A DNA stretch of 64,000 nucleotides from Antedon mediterranea (Eukaryota > Animalia > Echinodermata). This document shows positions 53,101 to 64,000 of this stretch, one piece after another. The position numbers were made by a program, and so were the translations under genes. A model generated the notes under the pieces. The model did no database searches. It saw nothing but the letters and a program-made list of their open reading frames with translations, and was not told the DNA's origin. Numbering within the stretch: position 1 is the stretch's first letter; each line of letters begins with the position of its first letter. The stretch is from contig NC_092677.1 of the NCBI RefSeq assembly GCF_964355755.1, positions 24,415,175 through 24,479,174 on the forward strand. The letters are read 5' to 3'.

Positions 53101-56100
53101 TATACACATATTTAAAAACAATATTTTAAAACTAATACATAAATATAGGCCAATGGTTATTGTGTCATATTCAAAATGAAATTTCTCAATATTAAATTGT
53201 ATGAAAGCAAACTTGAGCCTGAAACTGAAAAGGCTTTTCGTTGCAAAATGTAAATTTATATGGTGAGTTTAGCAATTATTTACTGATATGCTCACAATGA
53301 TGTATAAAAGTGTTATTGTCCGAAATCTTAATAAAGGTGATAATTCATTGCAAAAAATCCACATCAGTCTATATTTAATTTATATTTCAATAATCTAAAA
53401 ATGGTTCATTGTTATATTTAATAAGTATTTAGCAGCATAGTAGGCCTGTGGTGTAATGAATAAAACAACAATACACACAATATGTATACATAGATATATG
53501 GTGTGTGCTTTTTTAATGAAGTCAAATCATTCAATCAAATAACATGAAATATTCAGGTGTTATATAGTATGGTATAATTAATAAAAACTATCTTTTACAT
53601 TTCATAATTTTGAAGGTGGTTGGAAAACAATCAAATTAGTACATTGACAGAGAATGCATTTGCTGGTTTGGAATCATTGAAAGACCTGTAAGTGTTATTC
53701 TACATCATATCCACATACGTACCTCCATACTGTATATCATGTTATATACACATTACACACATTGTACATACATCGTAACCTTATTTTGTTACTTTTGTCA
53801 ACATGGATTATTTTCATAATAATTCATTTTTGAGTAAATCAAAATTATAGTATTTATTAGTTTGTTACCAATATTAGGAATATTTAGCCTGTGAATCAAA
53901 TTTAAGTCAGTAAGCTATAAGATTTAAAAAGAAATTTTTAATTTTATTCGTATTTATTTATTCATTTTGACACACCAGCCCTGGTTTTTATTCTTACAAA
54001 GTTATTACAATTTAATCTCACTCTTATTTGTTGTGACGAAATACCTCTCCTCATAGAATTGACCAATATACATTAACTATTAGCTTAATTAAACAGGTAT
54101 TTACAGGACAACAATATAACTACTATTGATCAAGGCGCCTTCTCTGTTTTTGCCTTATCACTTGGAAAACTGTAAGTAATTTATTCTGAAATTCATGCAG
54201 TTTCTCGAAATAATTAATCACTTCAATTAGGTACTTTTCTTATGCTATAAACATGTTATCCAAGAAAAAACGGTATCAACAGGATAGGTTTACATACATT
54301 TTTTAAACATGGGTAAATGTTTACATTCATTATTGTATCTGGCTCATTCCATGGAGTTGAAAATGAGAAAGCATTTTAAAAGTTAATATAACAAGTAGAA
54401 CAAACAACTTAAGTGGATTTACACTAATAATTACTTTGTATCTGTAACGTTAAAATATATACCAATGATAGATACATATAAAGTAGAAGGATTATCTTCG
54501 TGAGGTGGTTTCCCGAATGATCGTAAAATCAAAAACGGTACTGTGTATGACCAACTAGCGTTATTGTCACCGGCTAGTCATCCATTCATAGAAGTACTGA
54601 TGTAGTAGCCTACCTGTACGGAGACCATAGAATGTGACCCGAGGCATGACTAACTACGACTTTAGATGATAGGAAGTTGAGAAAAAATGTTACGAGTAGT
54701 TGTACGACATGAAGATGTTTATGAAATTATGTCAATAATGTTTACACACTAGGCATACAAATAGTAATGTTTGTTAGTAAAAATAATTTTGAGTTAATAA
54801 GAATAAGATATAAGAAAGAAAAGCAAAGAGACTATGGAGCGGCTATTCCTGAATATACAATACTAAAGTATCGTAGATTTAAATAATAAATTTTAGGCGA
54901 TCTTGTCAAAGGTCAAGCGCCATATAGCCTGCCACGTTTCGATATTCAATATTGAACTTGACCTTACTTTGTATCTGTAACGTTAAGGATAGATACATAT
55001 AAAGTAGAAGGATTATCTTAAGTGCCGACGGTGATAAAAATATTATTTTGAGACTACATTGCATCAGTTAGACACTATATTGATTGTGGTATACCTTCAT
55101 TAATACGATATCACTAAAACGACATCGGTGCTATCCAAATGAGACATACTCGTAGATATTTAGTTACATGTGAGCTACACTCATTGACACTGATTTGATA
55201 TTTGTTTCCATATTTATTTTTTTTACAGAGACATCAGACGCAACAATTTACAAGTTTACAGAGAAAGTACTTTTGAACAATTGAAATATATAACAGAATT
55301 GTAAGTATTATGTCGGATTTAGAAATTCTTTATATTCATTAAATTATATTTTTATTTTGTTTTAACACAGTTACCAATTCCACATGCATGCCGACAGTGG
55401 CCCAACAAAATTGTTTATGTAGGCCTACAGCTTTTAGGTTATTTTAAATTTCTCCTTCACTTCTATCTTTTAAATTGGTCGTACACGTCATACTTTTACT
55501 ATACGAGTAGATTTGATTGGCTGTAAAGCAGTTGTTATTCCACCTGTTATAGAACTAAAACCATTATAAACATTGTTATAGTAGGCTACTACTGTATTTA
55601 ACAACTTCCATTAAATTCAATTGTTTTTTTAACATAGATATTCAGATTTGTTTCGTCTCTGTTGTGTTGTTGGAGAAATTGAAGTATGTGAGCCTACTGA
55701 TGCTTTTGCGTCCTGCGCTGACTTACTAAAGAGAGAAGTTCTTAGGATATTGATGATAGTTATTGGACTGTCATCTTTTATCGGTAACTTGATTGTCATC
55801 ATATCGCGAAGGATAAACAAAGAAAATAGGTCTACAGTTGATTCTATTCTACTCACTAATCTTGCCGCGGCTGACTTGCTGATGGCAATTTATTTGCTGA
55901 TCATCGCAGGTGCAGATATACACTACAGAGGAAGGTACGCGAAGGTTGCCAGCGAATGGAAAAACAGCTTTCTCTGCTCTTTTTCCGGTGCTATTTCAAC
56001 ACTGTCTGGGCAGTGTTCCGTGTCAACCTTGATGGTTATGAGTATTAACCGTGCTATAAACATCGTCTATCCATTCAGCACCAAACGGCTCAAACGTACG

Positions 56101-56622
56101 AAATGCAAAATTATCATCGGTATTGGTTGGCTGGTATGGCTTTTTATTAGTTTCCTTCCACTGGTAGCTAACAAGTCACATGTCGGCATACCATATTTTG
56201 GCGAGAACTACTACGGAAAACAAAGTGTGTGTCTCGCGTTGCCACTAACACGACATCGATTACCAGGCTGGGAGTACGCCACGGCCATATTCATCGCATT
56301 CAATGGCTTGGGTTTGTTTGTTATCACAGCAAGTTATTTGACGATTTTCCTCTCCGTTAAGAGATCTGCAATCACGGCTAACAGAATGCAGAGACGAGAA
56401 GAGGAAATCAAAATGGCCGTGAAACTAGGGTTTATTGTTTTCACCGATTTCTGTTGCTGGTTTCCCATCATAGTAATGGGAATTTGTTCAGAGATGGAGT
56501 GGTGGAAAATTCCTGATGATATATACGTTTGGGCAGCAACATTTATAATTCCCATTAACTCATCAGTAAACCCATATCTTTACACAATTATCTATATGTG
56601 TAAAAGCGAGCGCAGGCCATAA
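44138..56622 (+). CDS. LRR-GPCR copy 4, intact, 17 exons, 746 aa (12 variable + 2 fixed LRR exons, 7TM), GRL101/RXFP-like
   Basis: Exons 44138-44225, 46167-46323; 72-bp exons starting 47228, 47742, 48270, 48794, 49318, 49840, 50363, 51002, 51913, 52445, 52966, 53616; then 54097-54171, 55229-55300, 55638-56622. Total 2241 nt = 747 codons; no internal stop seen. Confidence 0.9.
44693..45662. repeat. ~60-bp minisatellite (copy 4)
   Basis: Same unit, about 16 copies. Confidence 0.92.
47228..53687 (+). repeat. LRR exon-cassette array, copy 4 (12 exons)
   Basis: WLQSN..KEL, YLEYN..KGL, WLYNN..ESL, GLQYN..EEL, MLHYN..EEL, RLEYN..ERL, WLQYN..EWL, WLKRN..KQL, LLSNN..EKL, WLYNN..KEL, YLQNN..DSL, WLENN..KDL. 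Confidence 0.95.
54432..55019 (-). repeat. Intronic satellite-related block, copy 4
   Basis: Near-identical to 24631-25218. Confidence 0.8.
55638..56622 (+). CDS. Hinge + 7TM terminal exon, copy 4
   Basis: Intact 324-aa ORF 55648-56622. Confidence 0.95.
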
Positions 56623-59600
56623 AGCTGACATTCCTCGTGCATTCTCAGTTTATTTATTTACTACATTTATTTATTCAATTTTGATTCACAAGGGTAGCTC
56701 TAACAGGTGTACTAGTACAGCTGTCTTGAAGAGGCCCTTTTAAAAACATTATACAATTATACAAAAAGACATTCAAACATCAAATTACAAGTAGATCCAT
56801 AAAGCCTGTTCCTGTCGATCGTTAAGTTGCGTTGAGTTGCGCTAAGTTGCGTTGACATATTCAACGATTTGACAGGAAAAGGGGGTAAAAAATCAACGTT
56901 ACAAATCGTTAAAGTCTGAAATCATAAAATTACAAGTAGATTCATAAAGTTAAAATTCAGGTTTTTAAAAAGTTAAAACATTACAAGTTAAAATATTAAA
57001 ATTTACGGAGTAATTTATTTTTGCAAACTACTCCATCAAGAAACTAAAAGAAAATTAATACATTTGAATTTTGAACTCTGCACTTTTATTTTTTACTTGT
57101 TATTCTTGATTCTAGTGTTTTTATCAGATATTATTTGGAGTCTGTATTGGGTACACTGTGACGGGTACAAGTAGTACCATTATGGTGTGTTCCATGTATA
57201 TATAGGAATTATAGGTGTATAGGAATTATAGATATATTTATTTCAATAAACACCATTGCAACAACAAAAAAACAAAAACAAAAAACATTATGTTTAAATT
57301 TTGTTTTTTGAGCTACATTGTTTGTCTGTTGATAAGTGTGTAGTTTAGAAAGATTAGGTTGGTTGATTGTAAAGTATAGTAAATTATCAAATTGATTTAT
57401 TACAAATTAAATATTATATTTGTTATCTTTGTGAATATTTTGTATATAAAGATACATTTGCATAATTAGTTTCATTATTTATTTAATTTGTTAAGATATT
57501 GAGTGTATCTCACAAAGGACAAACAAAAGGATTTAGTATAGATTGAGATGTGCACAAACTCGGCTAGTAAGATTTACTATCAGTCTTGTGTTTTGTCTTT
57601 TAACTTTGTAACTGTGTGTTTGTCTGTATTCAATTCATCCTATGTACGTTTAATTATTCACGTTTTTATTCAAACTTTGCATTTAGATCAACAAAATACT
57701 TTCTTTATTATCTGTAATAAACAGCTATATACTCAGTCGGAATACTAATAAATATTAGATGGAAAAGAATTATTGTATCTTTATAATTATTTGGTTCCTA
57801 CATTGGTTTAAACTTAATGAGATACAACTGAATATTGGAAGCAATATATCGTCAATTAATAGATGATCCTATAACATATGTTTTTTGTAATTTGTCGGAT
57901 ACCACTTTTTCATGGAGTTTACATAAATAATAATATTATCTGACTACATGTGTTTGTGTAATTTTGCAATTAGTGATAGTTAAATCCAATGAATAATTAA
58001 AATCATCAACGCGACCAATTTCCTAAGAAATTAGAAATGTATTTATTATTCTTATTACACTGTAACATATTGTTTAGATCTTAAACATCTATTTTGTACC
58101 CACTTTTTCATCTTTATTTTATTATTTATTTTATTTATTTTTATTTTATTCAGTTCACAACCAACAGCGATGAAACCGCCACTAACAGGTTGGATATAAA
58201 CATAATAAACTATAATAATAAATTCAAAGAAGCAACAAAAACATAAACAAAGATTGGAACATTATAGCGTGTTTAAAACCTAAACGTGTTTATAGCTACA
58301 TTTTGTTTTCCTTCACTCGTTTAGCAGTCAACATGTAACTATTATGTTCAGTCAACATGTTTAGGTACGTGTTTAGCGTTGCGTACAGCGCATATGATTT
58401 TACTGTGGCGGAAAAAAAGCTCCACACATGAGCTCCACACGTGGCAAATTAATATTGCTTTATATTGCTCCACATGTTTAACAATAAGCACGTCACTGAT
58501 GTGTTGAGTTGGATAGAGACTGCATGTTTAGAACCTAAACATGTTCATATCTAAACATGTTTAAGGCTAAATGTGTGGAAAACGTTGGTACAAATAGATG
58601 TTTAAGATCTAAACACTATTTTTACAGTGATAATATGATTTTTGTTTGCTCGTCTGATTTCACTGATGTCATCATCTGCCAGGGATGAATATTTCTATTT
58701 GTACAAATAAAACAAAATATTTCGTTGAGACAAGAACTAACTGATTATGTTGTATTCAGTGATATTTGAGAAAGTGTTGCCTAACTCAATGGTAATCCTA
58801 AACGAATGTGTCCATCATAGAAGGACATACACATGGCTGCGTACAGTCGCGTGCTCAAGTTAGTGTTTACCGACCAACCGACATGTAGAGTCGCGTTGCA
58901 CGTGACTAAAAACCGAAGCGAAAACCATTTTGACCGTATAAATGGTTTTTTAACCTAAAATTATATTTTAATTTATGGGTCTCCTCTTGTGCTTTTAAAA
59001 CTAAATTTCTTTCCATTCATATCCAAAATTTCAACATACTCAAATGATATTATCTAATTTATATTTAAATTGCACGTGCCATAATTAACTCACTCTTTTG
59101 TAGATTCATCCTCACCCTAAGAGTTTTGTATTTTCAAATAACAATGCAAAATCCACTCACCTACAGATTCATTATATTCCCAACAGTGTCTATTCTCAAT
59201 TTAATTCCTAGAACTTACATTGCCTGATGCTCAACACTGCTTTGCTTTAAGTATAAATACTGATTTTGAATTCAGTATAACAACTAGATTCATTTCAGCC
59301 ACAACAAGCGGTTTTGTTCATATTTAATTCTGAGTAAAAGACGGAGCTGATGCTTCAACCTCTTTGCGTAAAAAAAAAAATTCTGCAACAACATACAAGA
59401 AACTTTTTTTTTTGTCTTCGTAAAAACAAAGAAATGTCGGTTGTCAGCAAATCCCATTAAAAAGATACATATACATAAACGGACTAAAGAATGACAATTA
59501 GTTACTTAGACTACTATTTTTTATATAAACAAAGACTTCTTATTTTTATTAAATAAAAAATATTGTTTGATTTAAAGATGTATTGTACCCCAAAACATAA

Positions 59601-60525
59601 AAAAATGAAGATTAATTTTTAAAAAGACTTTGAATAGGCCATTTCGCAGTGTTGATTAAGTTAATAACTTCTATAGAAAAAAGGATTTTATAATAAAATA
59701 AGGTTTTCACTTATAAAAAGACAAATTAGCGGTAAAATTCAACCAAAAACTGGATCGAAAAAAAAAATATTTTCCTGAAAAAATTTAATTTAAAGCAAAA
59801 AAAAAAAAACTTAAATGGTTTTGTTACAATTAACCGTTTCTCTTGTCTTTTTATAAGTGAAATAATTATTTTGTTGATTTGTTTTAAAGTAAATAATAAT
59901 AATAATAATAACTGGTAGGCTTACTTGATATAGCGCATTATGCTGAAAGCCTCAATGCGCTTTACATAGACAGAAACATTTAGAAAATTACAAATTAAAA
60001 AGGTGGGTTTATAAATAAATAAATAGCTTTATTAAAACTTTTTCAGTTTTTCGGGGGACAATACATCTTTAACTATTTGTTTGTTTTAAATTAGGGCCTA
60101 CAGTTTTTTCAGGTAAATTTTTTTTTTCGATCCAATTTTTTGAATAACTACTGTATTATGTGACATTAAAATGGCATATTAAAAAACATTTAAAAAAACA
60201 TTTTCAGGGGGACAATATATTATCAAAACCGTTAGTTACACCAGTTAAATATACTCTATATGATGACGTGTTTACGTTTGAAGCTCCACAGGTATATATA
60301 TGAGACATATTGAATTATCAAAAGAAAAGCAAAGTTCAATAATTAAATCATATTGCCCACAACCTGGTCTGGTAATGTAATTTAATACACTTTAAGTGAA
60401 TGTCATCTTAAAAATTAATGAAGACAATCATGAAATAATTAGGCCTAGGTCTATGCATTATATTAGTGAGCTTTTGACAAACTAACGGTTTATTTCTATT
60501 ACCGATTTAATACGTATGTAAGAAG

Positions 60526-63500
60526 ATGTTCATCTTTAAAGACGCAAGAATACTAGTACTAGGCCTAGTACTAGAACTATTGCCATTCTGTTTCACAAAT
60601 AATGCCAGACCTGGTATGTATTAAATGCATTTAACATTTAGAATTAAAGATGTATTGTCCCCCTGAAAAAATAATTCTTACAATTTTTTTTGTTAAATAT
60701 GCCATTTTAATGTCACCTAATACTGTTGTTACGCTATCCACTTTTAGCAAAAATTAGATTGGGAAAAAAATGTATTTACCTAAAAGCAAAAGATAATAGT
60801 CAAATTGGCTGCCATTTTTTTTTTTTTTTATTGAATTTAACCATTTATTTTGTCATTTTATAAGTGAAAACATTTTTTTTATATAATTATGTTCTGTGAC
60901 CGTCTTCTCACAGTAGGTTAATGTTCATCTATTTCTGCATTCTTAAAATAACTATTATCTTTGTTCATGTTTTATGTTGGTTGATGTTATGAGTTTACTG
61001 TACGGTATAAAACATATTTCGGTTTTTGCCGATTGTTCTCAGGTTTTATGAAATTGTCAAAACTTTGAAAAGTGTTTTTCTGTTAGTGTTAGTGTCCAAG
61101 ATACAACAGTATTGACAACACGTAACATTTTGTTAGTGTTTGGTTCTTTTAGTGTTCAAATTTCCACCATACAACAGTGTTGAAAACACGTAGCATTTTG
61201 TTCTGCTAGTGTCCATATTCCAGCAAACAACAGTGTTGAATACGCGTATCATTTTGTTAGTGTTTGGATCTTTTAGTGTCCATGTTTCCACCATACAACA
61301 GTGTTGAACACACGATCATTTTGTTAGTATTTGGTTCTGTTGGTGTCCATGTTTCCACCATACAACAGTGTTGAACACACGATCATTTTGTTAGTATTTG
61401 GTTCTGTTGGTGTCCATGTTTCCACCATACAACAGTGTTGACTAACATTTTGTTAGCGTTTGGTTCTATTAGTGTTAAAGTTTCCATCATACAACAGTGT
61501 TGAAAACACGTAGCATTTTGTTAGTGTTTGGTTCTATTAGTGTTAAAGTTTCCACCATACAACAGTGTTGAAAACACGTAGCATTTTGTTAGCGTTTGGT
61601 TATATTATTGTTCAAATTTCCACCTTACAACAGTGTTGAACACACGTAGCATTGTGTTATAAGTGCTTGGTTCTGTTAGTGTCCATGTTTCCACCATACA
61701 ACAGTGTTGACAAACATTTTGTTAGTGTTTGGTTCTGTTAGTGTTCAAGTTTCCACCATACAACAGTGTTGAAAACGCATAGCATTTTGTTAGTGTTTGG
61801 TTCTGTTTGTGTCCATGTTCCAATTCATACATAGCAGTGTTGAAAACAACATGTAGCATTTTGTTAGCGTTTGGTTCTGTTAGTGTCCATGTTTCCACCA
61901 TACAACAGTGTTGAAAACACGTAGCATTTTGCATCGTGTTTTGTTCTGTTAATGTCCATGTTTCCACCCTACAACAGTGTAACATTTTGTAAATCTGTAT
62001 ACTGTGGTCTAGAGCCTCAATAACGTATCACTGTGTGCGTGTATGGCGAAGCTTATACGTTACCGGACACAAGTCGAATACATTTGTTTTAAAGAAAATC
62101 TTATTTTAGAACTTATTAAATTATTATTAACAAGGCATATTCATGGCTGCAGTCGCGTGCTCAAGTTAGTGTTTACCAACCAACCGACCGAAAAACGCGA
62201 CTCAAAAGCTAAGCATTAAAACTAATGGGATACTAAAACTCATGATACAATACATTCTAATTAATAGTTTATGATACTTTCTGTTTTCTTTATTTTAAAT
62301 TTTAAGGTTGTAACCGTATGTTATGTTGAATGTAAAATTAATTTTAAGAGGATAATTAATATTTAAAGTCTTGCAAATTTACCATCTTTGAATTATTTTA
62401 AAAATAATGTTTGATTTATACAACAGACCTACTGTACAAATTAATTTTTTATTAGTGTTTTTTTATTGGTGAACATCGACGAATAGGTCTGTATGCCTAT
62501 ACTTCACATACAAAATGTTCAGTCTATCCACAGGGTTGTTATAACAGTGGCATACTACTTAGTGAAGTAACTTGTTTGCCATGGAACATGAATACAGTTA
62601 CAGAACTCATTGAGTATAATAAACAAAGCACTATATCAAAATTGTAAGTATTACAGTGTATGTACTTATTGTGTAGCCATAGAATATATACAGTATATAA
62701 TATACATAGTGAGATTACGGGTTCCATATGTTCTAATGGCATGATGACGTTATCCAAATCAAACATGAAGATGACAATTTCGGAAAATAATGATTCGAGC
62801 TAAAAGATATATGATTTTGAAGAAAATTGGACACGTAGAAGCGCGAAGCGCGCTGTTTTAGATTTGTATAACTGACAAAAGCTTTCAAAATAAGTTATAA
62901 ACACCAAGGTCACCTCTAATTACTGAAGGGCTAAAAATATACGGTGTAAGTGAAATTACGCGATCAATGTTGTTCAAATTTTTAGGCGTGATGACGTCAT
63001 TAAAATGAGATTGGTGGAACTACACGATTCAGTAACTTTTATGTTGGTTCAATGGGGTTTGCTATGTTTTTTTAGAGTTTGCGGGGTTTGGTAATTATTT
63101 TAAACCAAAAGGTGATGTTTTACCCCAAAAATAAGTAGTTAACAACAATTTTGTGTTTGTTTAATTGACACAAAGTTTGTAGTACACTACACGATTCAGT
63201 AACTTTTATGTTGGTTTGATGGAGTTTTCTATGTTTCTAAGGTTTGCGGGGTTTACGGTGATTACCAATACCCAATGTATACATTTGTCAAATAAATCAG
63301 AAATGGTCTACAGACCTGTCAAGAGTATCAAGAAAAACAATCAGAATTGTACATCGTCCAAGATAGACCATTATTTATTATTTAGGTTTTTCCAAAAACC
63401 CGGGTGAAAAGGACTGATTCTGCTGAAGGAGAGAACTGCCTAATAAAGACTACATTAGTTTTAAAAAAAGAAGAAAAAAAAAACATTGCATTTTGTAATT

Positions 63501-63791
63501 CTCACACTCTTGGCCCTTAACGTTTATTTCTGTTTGTTTTTATATTTATTTATTTAAATTTTCTTTTGCATTTCACAACTTTAATAAATTAATTATTGAT
63601 GGTGATTTTGATTGAATAATTAAAAAAAATGTTGATTGTCTTTTTAATTGTTTAATGAATTATTTAGCAGCATAATATATGGTATAATTAATAAAACAAT
63701 ATCTTTTACAACTTATAAGGGGTTTGAATAACAATGAAATTAGTACATTGACAGCCAATGCATTCTCTGGTTTGGAATCATTGGAATGGCT
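60526..63791 (+). CDS. LRR-GPCR copy 5, 5' part (continues beyond window)
   Basis: Exons 60526-60613, 62487-62643, 63720-63791 (GLNNNEISTLTANAFSGLESLEWL), in frame; introns resemble copy 1. Confidence 0.85.
61080..61981. repeat. ~60-bp minisatellite (copy 5)
   Basis: Same unit, about 15 copies. Confidence 0.92.
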
Positions 63792-64000
63792 GTAAGTGAC
63801 GTTGATTATGTTTACATACCTATGACGTTAATCATAATGTTGTTTACTGCACAATATACACACATTTAACAAAATTATTTTAAAACTAGTACATAAATAT
63901 ATGCCAGTGCTTATTGTGTCATATTCTAAATTAAATTCCTCATATTAAACTGTATGAAAGCAAACTTGAGCCTGAAACTGTAAAGGCTTTCCGTTGCAAA

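Larger units (their letters stand above)
2417..64000 (+). repeat. Head-to-tail segmental tandem array of five LRR-GPCR gene units (11.4-16.4 kb)
   Basis: Start codons at 5305, 18908, 30740, 44138, 60526; terminal exons start at 14454, 25836, 39250, 55638; intergenic sequence near-identical between units. Confidence 0.97.

Noticed and set aside
8545-53687. Somatic VLR-type or RAG-type assembly
   Set aside because: Cassettes already sit in order with splice sites between cap and 7TM; no incomplete germline gene, recombination signal, recombinase or deaminase is visible in the window.

Overview
AT-rich eukaryotic (animal, probably marine invertebrate) genomic DNA with spliceosomal introns. After a ~967-bp tandem satellite (1-2416), the window is a head-to-tail array of five 11-16 kb copies of one + strand gene; the fifth is cut by the window end. 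The gene encodes a leucine-rich-repeat GPCR of the RXFP/GRL101 (type C LGR) kind. Each copy has a signal-peptide exon, a Cys-cap exon, a variable number (8, 5, 9, 12, >=1) of 72-bp phase-2/2 single-LRR exons in ~480-650-bp tandem cassettes, two fixed LRR exons and one large hinge+7TM exon. The ORF track shows only the 7TM exon. The 35 variable LRR exons share a near-invariant framework but are hypervariable at the codons predicted to form the concave ligand-binding face, even where flanking introns are essentially identical. Cassettes are duplicated, deleted and shuffled within and between copies. This resembles a germline-diversifying, VLR-like variable receptor built on a constant GPCR. As written, only copy 4 (746 aa) is fully intact; copies 1-3 carry frameshifts or deletions. 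Spacers and introns hold MITEs, a 5'-inverted RTE LINE and a ~60-bp minisatellite. All comparisons were made by eye.
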